A stretch of 43,781 bases of DNA from Raillietiella orientalis (Eukaryota). The position numbers were made by a program, and so were the translations under genes. The notes beneath the pieces were generated by a model. It had not been told where the DNA came from and searched no databases. It was given only the letters and a program-made list of their open reading frames with translations. The DNA lies in assembly GCA_036172245.1 (NCBI GenBank), contig JAYWIR010000119.1:62001-105781 (forward strand). Reading direction: 5' to 3'. Below are positions 12,761-25,100 of this stretch, piece after piece (position 1 is the stretch's first letter; each line of letters opens with the position of its first letter).

Positions 12761-12904
12761 ATGGCGGCACCTCGCGCTGTTCGTTCTCGGAAGCGAAACC
12801 GTGTAGTATCTTGGTCTGTAGGAAAGCGACATAGGTTGTCGCGTCGCAATGTTGGTTATAGTACGTTTAAACGTCGGCGCCGCTGGAATAATCGTCGCCG
12901 TAAG
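12761..12904 (+). pseudogene. 5' fragment of CRESS virus capsid gene (Arg-rich N-terminal arm)
   Basis: MAAPRAVRSRKRNRVVSWSVGKRHRLSRRNVGYSTFKRRRRWNNRRRK, divergent from rep across the origin, cut by the LINE junction. Confidence 0.75.
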
Positions 12905-13295
12905 TTGGTAAAATTCAGCTGGCGGGCCGTGTTCCCCTGGTGCTTTGTTTTTTTTTAAATATTTGATGGCGGAGACAATCTCCGCCATGGTGAAATCTTT
13001 GTTTATGGTATAAGACTCTGCCTCCCTTAACGCGGGAGCACCTTTGGCAGCAAACGCTGCGCAAAGGAGCGCTCTGGTGTTCTCGCGTCTAGGGAGGAGT
13101 AGAAATCCCGCAAAATGCGGCAAACCTGCGCTGGAGTAGAGCGCTCCTGGCCTTGCTCGTCCAGAAAGCAGGAAGACCCGGATTGCCAGGCCTGCTTCTC
13201 AGGTCCAGCCTTGAACTCCGCCAGGCGACGGACGTCGGGCTTGTTGGAGAAACGACGGGCCTGAAGATAGCCCCTGTCGTTTCTCACGCCTTCGC

Positions 13296-13783
13296 CCGAT
13301 TCAATCGACCTCATCGTCACCAATGTGTACGCTCCTAGCGTTAAACAGGGATACCAGCAGCGCAACGCGTTACTGGAAACCTTGAAGCGCGAATGGCTGG
13401 TGGACACGGACGTGCGAAAGGCGCATCTGATAGCAGGGGATTTCAACGTCCGTCTGCTCTCAGATGAGCACGGAGCACAGGGAAACGCGATCAACGAGTT
13501 GTGCGCCGCCCTGCGCGCGCGCAGATTGTTGACAGAAATACAGGGGATGGTCAGAAGCGTGGACCACGTCTTTCTCGACGAAGACCTGTGCACACGGGTC
13601 GGAAAACAAGAAACACTTGAATCGACGCTGTCGGACCATTCCCGGTTATTATTCGAGATGCGCCCGCGCGAGCACGGACCGCCATCCAAGGCGTGGCATA
13701 TGCCAGGGGACTGGACGCGCTTGTGAGGAGCGAAAGAACACCTTGGCGAATTCCTGCGAGGCGTCACCGTCCAGAGTCTCTCT
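13296..13783 (+). mobile_element. LINE APE endonuclease fragment, inverted relative to copy X
   Basis: DSIDLIVTNVYAP, AGDFNVRL, SVDHVFL, LSDHSRL. Confidence 0.9.
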
Positions 13784-15485
13784 TTAAACCCGGTTCTCCG
13801 GGATGTTTATTTTTGCAAAGAAAGCTCTCTAAATTTTGACTGGACCAGTAGTCCAGCCACGCCCTAGAAACTTTCAGCCTCCCGGGCTACCGATGCGCAG
13901 ACCGGCGCGGTTGACTTCGGCAGCAGAGGGGAGGGGGAATGAAACAAAAGAAAACAAAAAAAAAAAAAAAATCGGGGAGGGAGCGGGAAGGGATCACTGT
14001 TTGCTTGGAGAGCCTGTCATCCTATGGAGAATGCGGGCAAGCTGTTGCTGCATGGTGGATGCCAGATGGATCCATCGCGTCGCCATCCTCAGAAAGCGGG
14101 CTGCGTACACGGTGGCATCCCTGTCGCTGGTTCCTCCCATCGCTTTGCTCCATGCATCGACGATCCCGCGTAGGCAGCACAGTGCTGCAAGCGAGGCCGC
14201 TATAGGCAGGGCGTCACGACCGAAGAGGGGACGCAAAGCGTCTCTTGGGTTTCCTACGGGGATACCCAGGGCCGCGGCAAAGCGTTCCCACAAGGACGGA
14301 GGGCAACAATCCACTATCAGGTGGGCGAGGTATTCCCTCTCCCCGCAACTGACACAATTGGTGTTGACATCCCCCCCGCGTCCAGTGGTGTCGGCGGGTG
14401 TTGCAAGGAAGGCCCCAATGCAACACCAGCAGTTCCAGCCGCTTCAGCGTGAGGAGGCCAAGACCGCTGTCCCGACGCGGAGCACACAAATACTCGTGAC
14501 GGACTCAGGGCCTCACTCTGCCCAAATGGCCGATCCTCAGGAGGTCCTTCGTCCTTTTTTTGACCTCCGCTGGGGGGGAGGGCAAATAAAAAAAATTGGT
14601 GAAGGAGGAGGGTTGCAAACGCGTTCCACTCCGCGGCCCGTTCCTGCAGGAACAACCTGCCGTCCTGGAACGGGCCGATCGCCGCCTGAGCCTTCTGACG
14701 GCAGCCCGAACACGCTTCCGCAGGGGAAAAATCCCCCAACGGCACCCCAAGGTACTTGAAGTACCTTACCGTGGGGATCCCCAAACGGACCCAGTCCTGC
14801 TGCCCTGCCCACGCCGCTCCGACCGGCATTACGGACGACTTCGCCCTGTTCACCGTAAGTCTGGTTCCCTGATGCAGCTGGTCGAAGAACTCCTCGACCG
14901 CCGAAGCCGGGGTGGACATAGGGAGCAGCAGCAGCAGATCGTCCGCGTATGCCGAAACCGCAGGCGTACCGGGACAATCGCACGGCAGGTGCGCCAGAGT
15001 CTCCCTATACGCTCTCAGCACCTATTCGAAATAGTCGCTGAAGAGCAAGGGGCTGAGGCTGTCTCCCTGCCGTATGCCGCGTAGCACCGGTACGCCGTAC
15101 ACGGTGGATCCACTAAAAAAGACATTAATAAGCGCGTCGCGCCAGCTGGAGCGCAGGTAGGCCAGCAAAGAGGCCGGGAAGCTTAAGCGTTCCAGAAGCT
15201 CCAAAAGGAGGTTCTGGTCGACGCAATTGAATGCTTTATGCAAATCGACTGCGACCGCGAGGGCTCCTCTCCCCTCCCTACCATCCCGTCCCCCACCGAG
15301 GGACGCATCGGAATTCCGGTTGCTTATCATGCTCCTTCCTTGTTGGAGCACTAACCATGTGGAAGCGTGGAACAGGTTCGACTCCATACTTCGCCCGGAA
15401 ACAGCATATGTCTGTTCCGAGCTGATGAAGATGTTGGCAACCCGTCCCAGCCGCTCTGCCCACAGCTTGGCTAGCAGCTTGGCGT
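13783..15485 (-). mobile_element. LINE copy A1 (RT to 3' end, about 650-nt internal deletion near 14432)
   Basis: AKLLAKLWAERL, DLHKAFN, RQGDSLSPLLF, AYADD, FKYLGVP, zinc finger, 3' UTR with AATAAA and terminal hairpin. Close relative of 18359-22137. Confidence 0.92.
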
Positions 15486-15573
15486 GCGGACGTGTTTTTT
15501 CCGCGCTCCTCTGCGCCTGTTGTAAAGCCTTTCGTTGCGTTAGTGTTAGTGTGTGGTGCATCTGCAGTGTCCA

Positions 15574-17567
15574 ATGGCAGAAATGCCTGAGGACACCGCG
15601 ATGGAAGTCGGCGGGGGAGAGGATTGTTCCTCTCCCCAACCCATTGAGGTCAGGGCAACTGTCCCCACGGAGGAGAGGGCAACCTTTCCCTTGAAAAAGG
15701 GGGCAACCGCCCCACCGGAAACGAGTGCTACCGCCACCTTGAAAAAGGGGGCGACCTACCTCGTGGAAAAGGCCGCAACCGCGCCCTTGAAAAAGAGGAC
15801 AACCGCCGCCTTGGAAAAGGGCGCAACCGCGTCTTTGGATCCGTCTGCTCCATCCACAAGGACCTGGAGCTCCGTGGCTGCAGCGCCATCTCCCGCAGCC
15901 TTAGCAGAACAGCGCGCCTACCTTGAACAAGGATACAAGCCATCCTTGATTTACAAGGTAGGAAACCTGTTTGTGGGAAACACCGCTCGTAACTTTGAAA
16001 GAAAGTTACAGCGGTTGGATGTAAAAAAGAAAGACCTGGATGGTCTCGCCGTGATGAGTGGAAGGCAGCGGGTGGAGCTGACTTGCAAAAATGCAAGTCT
16101 GGCTCAACGCCTGCTGAACACTCCCATCACTCTGGAAGGCCGAAAGGTCTTCCCTGTAACGGAGGACCGCTCCTTTGTTGCACACCTAACCGGTGTAACT
16201 CTGCGCATGACAAAAGCAGGCGTGCAGGAGGAGTTGCAAAAAATGGTACGGTGCACGCGCCCAGGACCAAGCCCAAAGTATTCCAAACATACGGAAGACT
16301 GTTCAGTGGCATGGCTGCAGCGCGTGTGACCGTCCACGAAAACGGTGGGCTGCCCCACAAACTCGACGTCGGCAACGAGGTCGTCGACGTCTGGTACGTG
16401 GGCAAGCCCAAGTACTGTGGCCACTGTGATGCAACAGGGCACCTGAAAAAGCGTTGCCCTCACATCCAGTGTTTCCACTGCGGGGAGAAGGGCCACCTCC
16501 GAAAAGTGTGCCCAAAGCGGGAACCTCCAACTCCCTCTGCCTTGAAAAAACGTAAGGGGAAATGCTTCGAGAAAACAAGCAAGCCCACAGAAATGAAGGA
16601 AAGGCCAAGCAAAAAGCCAGAGTCCGAATGTTCCCAGCAAACGGTGGTCAAGAAAACTCCCGACGACGCTGGTGACAACGAGCACTGGAGAACAGCGAAG
16701 CCGAAAACTAAAAAAATCCGTAAAACCGAAGAACCGATAGCGGAACCCGCGACAACTTCTTTAAATAGAAGGCAACGCCGCGCTTTGCTCCGCGAATGTT
16801 CGGTCGCTTTGTAGCGAGTGGAGATCCCCGAGACCTCCACCGGGGGAGATATCCCCCGCCTCGTTGACGACGAAGCCGCGATCGCGAAAGGCGAACCTTC
16901 TGTGCAAAAAGAGGGGGAGCAGAGCGACCCGCTCGCCGCAATCGAGGACGCCGCCTTATAACAGGCGGCGGAAGAGCTCGCGGCCGTACTCGCGGAGCGT
17001 GAGAACGGGGCGCGAAAGGCCTAGCGAAGGCCGGCCGCAAGCAAGGCACCTCCGACAGGTGACCACGAAGCGGATGCCGGAAGTGCGTCCTCCTCCGCGG
17101 AGGCGCCTTTGAAGAAGACTGGACGGAAGTCCAAAAATCCAAAGAGGCGCATTCCGACAAAGGAGGGGGACGCACCGGCAACCGAGGGGGAAGCCGACAG
17201 CGTGGGAACGGAGGGAGCGATTTTCCCACCCTCCGCTACCGAGCAGCTGGCGACCCCCATGGAGGAGGGGGATAAGGTGAGTGATTGCCGCCCCCTCCCA
17301 ACGGTGGAACCTGTTCAGGAGATAGCCATGGAGGAAAGGGAGCAGACAGCTGACAACCGCTCCCCCCTGCCGTCCAGCGCAGTCGACGAATCGGCCCCCA
17401 TGGAAGAGGGGGAGCAGGTGCGTCAAACCCACCCCCTTCAACCGTCGCGGTCCGCCGAGGAATCAGCCCCCATGGAGGAGGAAGAACCGGTGCCCGGTGA
17501 TCCCATTCCTCCATCCGTCCCGCCCGATCAGGTGGCGGTAGCCCCATTGCCACTTTCCCAGGAATAA
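15574..17567 (+). pseudogene. LINE ORF1 (nucleic-acid-binding, two CCHC zinc knuckles), disrupted
   Basis: MAEMPEDTAMEV...; CGHCDATGHLKKRC and CFHCGEKGHLRKVC; low-complexity C-terminus with PMEEGE repeats; frameshift near 16250 and stops at 16812 and beyond. Confidence 0.85.
15652..15843 (+). repeat. 24-bp (8-aa) degenerate tandem repeat in ORF1, 8 units
   Basis: RATVPTEE RATFPLKK GATAPPET SATATLKK GATYLVEK AATAPLKK RTTAALEK GATASLDP; only 3 units at 31396-31467. Confidence 0.8.
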
Positions 17568-18358
17568 CACCTGGGCTCGCCTGTCGCTGTCGATTACGCG
17601 TGACCTGCTAGAACGTCAACGGGCTGGGCGACGACGGCAACAGACAGGACACGGCCGCCACCCTGCGTGACTTCGACCTGGCGCTCCTGCAGATCCATGT
17701 GATCACCGCGGAGAACGCCCAGGAGATCGAAAGGATCGCAGGAGGGCGGCTTGTGTGGCAATGCGGCACCCGATACACCTGCGGCGTCGCGTTCTTTATG
17801 AAGCCGGTGGTCGACGCTGCCGTGAAGGGCGTGCGCTTCGACGAAGCCGGTCGTGTCGGCCAGATCAGGTGGTCCGACACGATCGACCTCGTCGTAACAA
17901 ACGTGTACGCTCCGAGCGGTCCTACCAGGTACCCGGAACGTAAGGCGTTCCTGCAAACCCTGAAGCACGACTGGCTGGTGGAAGCGAACGTGCTTGTGGC
18001 CCACCTGAGAGCGGGAGAGTTTTATCTCCGCCTGCTATCAGGTGAGCCACACGCACGGGAACGGACGGCTAACGAGTTGTGCGCCGCTATGCGGACGCGC
18101 AACTTGTTAGGGAATCTCTCGGAAATGGTCAGCAGCATTGACCACATCTTCCTGGACGACGAGGTGTGCTCACGGGTCGGCAAACGGTTGAAAGTTGCGT
18201 CGGAGCTGTCTGACCATTCCCGGTTAATTTTCAAGATGCGGCTTCGCGACAAGGGACCGCCATCCAGGGATTGGCGTCTGCCGGGGAACTGGAGGCGACT
18301 CAGGTGCGAAGTAACACCTTCGCGAATTCCTGAGAGGCGTCACGCTCCAGATTCTCTC

Positions 18359-21300
18359 TTGAAACCCGTGTGCGCCGGGTCGTTTATTCTCACGAATAAA
18401 CCAATATAATTTGTGACTGGACCAGTAGTCCAGCTACGCCCTGGAAAGATATAGCTTGCCGGGCTACCAGTGCGCAGACCGGCGCGGTCGACCTCGGCAG
18501 CAGAGGGGAGGGGGAACGAAACAAAAAGAAAACAAAAAAAGTAAACAAAAATCGGGGAGGAAGCGGGATGGAATCACAGTCTGCTGGGAGGTTCCGTCAC
18601 CCTCTGGACAATGCCGGCAAGCTGTTGCTGCGTGTGTGGTTCCAGGTAGGGCCATCGCGTCGCCATCCTGAGGAAACGGGCGGCATACACGTTGGCATCC
18701 CTGTCGCTGGATCCTCCCTTCGCTTTGCTCCATGCCACGACGATCCCGCGTAGGCAGCACAGGGCTGCAAGCAAGGCCGCTGGAGGCAGGGCGTCACGGA
18801 CGAAGACGGGGCGCAAAGCGTCTCTGGGGTTGCCTCCGCGGATCCCGAGGGCTGCGGCAAAGCGTTCCCACAAGGGACGGAGGGCAACACAATCCACTAA
18901 CAGGTGGGGGAGGTATTCCCTCTCCCCGCACCTGACACAACTAGGGTTGACACTCCCCGCGTCCAGTGGTATCGGCGGGCGTTGCAAGGAAGCCCCCAAT
19001 GCAACACCATCAGTGCCGACTGTTGCCACTTCATGGGGAGGGTGCGCGAGTCCATGAGCACCGGGGGCCACTCGAGATGTTCCTCTAAAACATCCAGTAG
19101 CTCTCCCCAGCGCAACAGTCCATTTGGGGTGGTCCTCGGGGTCGCAGCGTTGCTGAAACTGACACGTTCTCCGATCCCCGATCTTCTTCGCGCTGCCGGC
19201 GATCTTGACAGTAACCTCCCATTGTGCCGCGACGTCGCTGCCCAGATGTTCCCGTAGGGTAGGCAGTACCGCAGCAAGGGAGGTTCTTGGAGACAACGCT
19301 CTCCTTCGGGGATCCTCGAAGATTTCTCGGAGCTTACGTTGGGCGTGAGGCCCGAACAGAGCTATTCGCTCGTGTTGCGGGCTCTGTTCCTGAATCATCG
19401 CCCACGTGCGCACGGTTTCCTGCAGCCAGACAGGAGCTTTCGCGGGGCGTACGAGGATCCGCGCCGGGTTGTTCTTCACGACCTTGGCCGACCTCCGAAG
19501 TTGAAATCCGAAGTGGCAGATGGGGCTTCGGAGTGCAAAGTAGGACGAGAGTCCTGCATTGCCGGTGGCCCGTTCGAGGAGGAGACGTGCCGGGAGGCAC
19601 CAAGGGGTGCACCAATTTTCTGCCATAAAGGCGACAACTGGAAACTGGAGCTGTAGCTCCAGCCGCTCCAACGTCAGGAGGCCCAGACCACCATCCCGAC
19701 TTCGAGCGCACAAGTCCGCAAGACGGACTCGGGGCCTCCCTCTGCCCCAAAGGGCGATCCTCAGGAAGTCCTTCGTCCTCTTCTTTGACTCCGCTGAGGG
19801 GGGAGAAACAAAAAGCAAGGGGCGAAGGAGGGGGGCCTCAAACGCGTTCCACGCCGCGGCCCGCTCATGCAGGAAGAACCTACCGTCCTGGAACGGGCCG
19901 ATCGCCTCCTCAGCCTTCTGAAGGTAGGCGGACCATTCTTCCGCAGGGGAGTAGTCCCCCAACGGCACACCAAGGTACTTGAAGTACCTCACCGTGGGGA
20001 TCCCCAAACGGACCCAGTCCTGCTGCCCTGCCCACGCCGCACCAACTGGCATCACGGACGACTTCGCTCTGTTCACCGTCAGTCCTGTTCCCCGACTCAG
20101 CAGGTCGAAGAAGTCCTCGACCGCCGCAGCCGGGGTGGACCTAGGCAGCTGCAGCAGAAGGTCGTCCGCGTACGCCGAAACCGCAGGCGTACCGGGACAA
20201 TCGCACGGCAGGTGCGCCAGAGTCTCCCTGTACGCTCTCAGCACCAATTCGAAATAGGCGCTGAAGAGCACGGGGCTGAGGCTGTCTCCCTGCCGTATGC
20301 TGTGTCGCACCGGTACGCCGTACACGGTGGATCCACTAACAAAAACATTAATAAGCGCGTCGCGCCAGCTGGAGCGCAGGTAGGCTAGCAAAGATACCGG
20401 GAAGCCCAAGCGTTCCAGAAGCTCCAAAAGGAGATTCTGATCGACGCAATCGAATGCTTTATGCAAATCGACTGCGACCGCGAGGGCACATCTCCCCCCC
20501 CGACCATCCCGTCTTCCACGGACGGACGCACCGGAATTCCTGTTGCTTATTATGCTCCTTCCTTGTTGGAGCTCTAACTATGTGGAAGCGTGTAACAGGT
20601 TCGCCTCCATACTTCGCCCGCGAACAGCATATGTCTGTTCCGAGCTGATGAAGATGTTGGCGACCCGTCCCAGGCGCTCTGCCCACAGCGTGGCTAGCAA
20701 CTTGGCGTCCGCATTCACTATTGTGATGGGACGCCAGTTGTTCATGCTCCTAAGGTCTCCTCCCTTAGGGAGGAGCCGCACCTTTGGTGAACGAAACGAG
20801 GTGGGAACGTCACCTGTTTCGCGGATCACCAAGGTGAGCTGATGTACCAAGGGAGTAAGCTCTGGCGCGAAAGTTTGATAAAACTCCGCAGGCAGGCCGT
20901 CCTCCCCTGGAGCCTTCCGCCTCTTGAGCTTTCCGATGGCGGAGAGGATCTCGTCCATCGTGAAAGGCTCGTCGAGGCTTCTTTTCTCCTCCTCCACGAT
21001 CGCTGGAGCACTTTCCGGAAGCAGAAGTCGTGAGACGTCTTGCTCCGGAGGCGCCCTGGCGTACAGGGAGGAGTAAAATTTCCTCACTATCCCGCGTTTC
21101 TGAGCGGGAACCGAGTGCTTTCGGCCCTGGTCGTCCAGCAAGCTGGCCGATCCGGATTGCCAGGCTTGCCTCTCGGCTCCCGCTTGATACTCTGCTAATC
21201 TGCGCATGTCGGGGGTTCTCGCGTAACGTCGGGCCTGAAGATAGCACCTCTCGTTACGCGGCCCCTCCCCAAATCCCGCAGGTAGGCGATGCAGGGGGAA

Positions 21301-22137
21301 CTGGTCGCAGAACTCCTGGACCGACCGCTTGAAGCGGTCCCAGTCCTGAACTGTCTGCATCCTGAAGCTCCGAATAAACGCCCGGAGGTGCTCCGCCGCG
21401 TCGGGAAACTTCAGCCAGTCTCCTAGCAGACGCCACGCTGACGAGGGGGGGCCCTTGTAGCGCGGACGCACTTCGAACATGATCCGACCATGGTCCGAGA
21501 GCTCGTATGGTACCTTGCCGCGCCTGCCCACCCGAGAGCATAGGTGCTGATCAAGGTACACGTGATCGATGCTGCTTTCCATGGCCGTGTCCCCGGCCAA
21601 CAAGTTGCGCGTGTTCATTTCTGCGCACAACTCGTTGACGCGGTCGTTCAGTGTATCCGGCGCACCTGAAAGCAGGCGCAGGTTGAAATCACCTGCGATC
21701 AGGTGCGCTTTGCGAACTCCTGCATCGGTCAGCCAATCGCGTCTCAGGGCAAGGTAGAATTCCCTTCTTGCCTTCGCCCTCAACGCGTTATTTCCGCTAG
21801 GAGCGTATAGGTTGGTGACGACCAGGTCGATAGAGTCGGACCAGCTGAGAGTCAGCTGACCGACGCGACCTGCGTCATCGAACCGAACGTCCGTTATTGC
21901 GGTCTCGATGGCTGGCCGTAGCAGGAAGGGGACACCTCTTGATTTCGCGGTGCCGCAACGCCACAACAGCCGCCCACCCGAGATCCGTTCGATCTCCCGG
22001 GCTTGATCTGCGGAGATCACGTGGATCTCCTGCAGCAGCACCAGGTCGGAGGATGCCAGGGCGGCGGCCACGTCACGCCTCTTGCCGTCGTCGCATGGCC
22101 CGTTCACGTTCCAACAGGCGATCAGAAGACGACGCCG
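18359..22137 (-). mobile_element. LINE copy A2 (almost complete ORF2 plus 3' UTR)
   Basis: CWNVNG, LLQEIH, AGDFN, SIDH, LSDH, KAPGEDGLPAEFY, WRPITIVNADAKLL, YADD, CVRCGEREYLPHLLVDC; 3' AATAAA and hairpin at 18360-18390. Confidence 0.96.
18574..22137 (-). pseudogene. ORF2 APE endonuclease-reverse transcriptase, best-preserved copy
   Basis: The 520-aa and 630-aa ORFs are in the same frame, separated by one TAG (20578-20580). There are two compensating frameshifts near 19165 and 18960, and the first few codons are lost at the 22137 junction. Confidence 0.9.
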
Positions 22138-25100
22138 CATCCTCCGTAATGGTTTCCTTGCCCCCGGTGCGGAGTTACGCCGCCGTTACCTTTTAAAGAC
22201 CAGGACCCTGCGAATCGGAGTTCCAGGCATATGTGTCATCAGGATACATGCCTGCACTCCGTTATAAGGTCAGTGGGCCACTTAACGGGAGAATCATTCG
22301 TGAGCTCAATGATGAGCTCGTCCGGATAGGCGTTCGCGAGAAGGAACTCCTTGCCATAATGCCTGCTGGCAGGATGGAATATACCAAGATTCGGTGCAAG
22401 AACGCAGCACTTGTGCAGCGCCTTCTCCGTACGCCGTTGACCATCAATGGCAAGGAAGTCCTACCTACCGCGATAGACGACTCTTTTGTCGTTCAATTGT
22501 GCGACATCGAACCGGAAATCTCCGACCGCGATGTCGTAAGTGTGCTGGCGAAGTTCGCCACCGTGCACGCTCTGTGGAGGAGGCCAAATCTTTTAAAGGA
22601 TTTCCCCTCTGTCCACATTGGACAAGCCTCCGCGAGGATCACCGTCGCGAACAGGCGTGTTGTGCCTGAGCAGCTGCAGGTGAACGGCACGGTCGTTCAC
22701 CTGTGGTTCATAGGCCAGACTCGCGCGTGCGAGCAGTGCGGCAAGGAGGGGCACCGAATTAAAGAGTGCCCCTATCCAGGATGCCGCTATTGCAAAGATT
22801 CCGGCCACGAAATCAAAAAGTGCCCGGTACTTGCAAGAAAAAGAGCCGCAGCGGAAATTCGTCGGGTTCAAGAGACCACTTCACGAAAAGCCGCAGCGGC
22901 AAATAAACAACGTCGTCCGCAAAAACTCGAAAAAAACCACGAGCGATCCGCGGATAAAAAGAAAGCATCCCCGCCCGCAACGCCCCGAAAGGGGAAAGTC
23001 ACGGCGGGAAAGCCAATTAAAAAGGGGGGCGAGGGTTTGACGCGTGCCGTGCCTTCCCTCTCTGCCGAACTCGCGGGCACCTTTCCGAACCTGGAACCAG
23101 GAAATCTCCGTAACACCCTGGAGGGAAAGGTAGGAAAACAGGAAGATCGCAACAGTGCGAAGACTTCTTGCCCCGTTCCGTTGTCCCTTCCGAGTTCCGG
23201 ACAGCCCCACTGCAGCGCAGGCCCCACTGCAAAGGCTACGAAAGCCGTAAAAAGCAGCGTCGCAACGAGCACAAGCACGCTGCATGCAGTCGCCCCATCG
23301 CCGACTCTAGGCAGGAGCAGAGCGATCTGCCGACTGTCAAGAAAGTGACTCCGTTGCCGCCTTTTAAAGGCGTAGCGAAAGCAGCGCCCCCAGAGAACGC
23401 AGCGAAAATCCCGGTGGTTTCTGCAACTACTGTCGCGGGAGCCTCCGAAAATCGCGAAGACGAATGAAGGGTTGTGAAGAGGAGGAAAGAAAAATCTCCC
23501 AAAAAGCTTCGCAACATCGATCCCTGAGCTTTTTTATAGGAAAAGGCAGTCGCCCGAGTACGAAAACACGCGGGGCTGGTGCCACTTCCCAAAAAAAAGC
23601 CAGCGCCTACAATGCGTGCAAGTCCGCTGATGTGACCGCTGAGAAGACCATTCCGTTGCAAGCGCACTTCGATCTTGCGAGCATCAGACTCCGCAAAGGA
23701 GTTCAATAGCGCCGCTGAACGACGGGTTACTCGCACGGGCGCTAGCGCCCGCAGGGCTAAAGCCCTAAGGCGTGACACACTCGCCGCAGAACGGCGAGTG
23801 CTCACCCCGGAACCCACAGGTTCTGCACCCGGGGAGAAGCACTCCATCTCGTGGAGCAGAGTTGAGGCCGGTGGGACCGTGCTCTTCAGCCCGTCGTGCT
23901 GCTTACTGCCCGCTCGCCGGGTGGAGCGAGCATCACGGCCTCGCTTTCCCAGCCCTGATGAGGGCAATCGCGTCTTCTCGTCGTGTTGCCGTTAAGTCTT
24001 GGAACGTCAACGTGCTCCAAAACGAGGAGCAGAGGTGACTAGTGGCTAACTCTCGGCGCGCCTTCGACTTGACGCTTCTGCAGGAGATTCACAGGATCTG
24101 CGAAGAGCAGGCTGCCGAAATCGAACAGCGCGCGGGCGGAACGCTACTTTAGAAATGCGGCGTTGCACGTACGTGCGGCGTCGCTTTCCTCGTGCGATGA
24201 ACTTTGGCGGGAGCGGTGCGCAGCGTTCGTTTCGACACGGAAGGCCGAGTGAGACAGCTTGTACTCAAGTGGTCCGACTCGATCGACCTTGTCGTAACCA
24301 ACGTGTAAGCGCCGAGCGGTGCTGGACGATGGGCCGAAAGGATTGAGTTTTTCGGTACCGTTCAAAGGTAGTGGCTGACTCGATCTCACGCTACTGTGGC
24401 CCAAATCATTGCATGGGACTTTAACGTCCACCTGCTTTTCGAGAATAGATCCCACAAAAGGGAAAAGTTGCTAGCAAAAGAGATGTGCGCGTCCGTTCAC
24501 GCGTGCAACTTGTTCGCTAGCGACCCTGTTATGGCAGCAACGCCGGACCACGTATACCTTGATGAACACATGCTCTCTCGAGTGGGTCGGAGAGGTGCCG
24601 TCCCGTCCCTGCTTTCAGACCACAGCAAGCTCGAGTTCGTATTGCTCCCGCCTGGCAAGGGGCCTCCAAACTGTTTTTGGAGGATGCCGGCAGACTAGCT
24701 TAGCCACCCGGAGGCGGCTGAGCACCTTCGCCAGTAGCTCCTCGGCTTTGCCATGAGTGAGCTAGAGGACTAGGACAATCTTAAAAGATCGGTCTGAAAG
24801 TTCTGCTGCCGGTTTCCCTTGCACCAGCTTCCGCGCGGCTTAGGAGAGGGCGTAGCCAACAGCAGATATTTTCTGCAGGCCTGCTTCTTCTCCAGGCGCG
24901 CGGACGTTGGTCGATTATGCGAGTACAAGGCTGGGGCCGAGCGCCAGTTCTGGTAGTCAGGGGCTACAGTTCTGCTCGACGACCAGGACCGTGAATGCTC
25001 GGCTCCAGCCGACGTGCCACGGATAGTCAGGCGCTATTACTCTTCTCTGTATGCAAAGGCATCGACGGAACGCAGCCTCTCCCGGCTGCTTCTGCCGATT

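Larger units (their letters stand above)
11347..12904. mobile_element. Endogenous CRESS ssDNA virus genome fragment (Rep - origin - capsid N-terminus, ambisense)
   Basis: Lower-GC island within LINE ORF2 containing Rep motifs, a nonanucleotide stem-loop and an Arg-rich ORF start. Confidence 0.95.
8753..13296 (-). mobile_element. L1/Tx1-clade LINE copy X (3' two-thirds of ORF2 plus 3' UTR), interrupted by a CRESS virus insertion
   Basis: KAPGEHGPPAEFYQ, WRPITVVNADAKLLA, DLRKAFD, GIRQGDSLSPLLF, NADD (YADD mutated), FKYLGVP, CTECGERETFPQLILEC; T-rich 3' UTR ending ...CCGGGTGAAAAA at 8753. Frameshifted. Confidence 0.93.
15486..18359 (+). mobile_element. LINE copy B1 (5' UTR, ORF1, APE; 3'-truncated)
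   Basis: ORF1 with CCHC knuckles followed by C*NVNG, NVYAP, SIDHIFL, LSDHSRL; homologous to 31229-33990. Confidence 0.92.
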
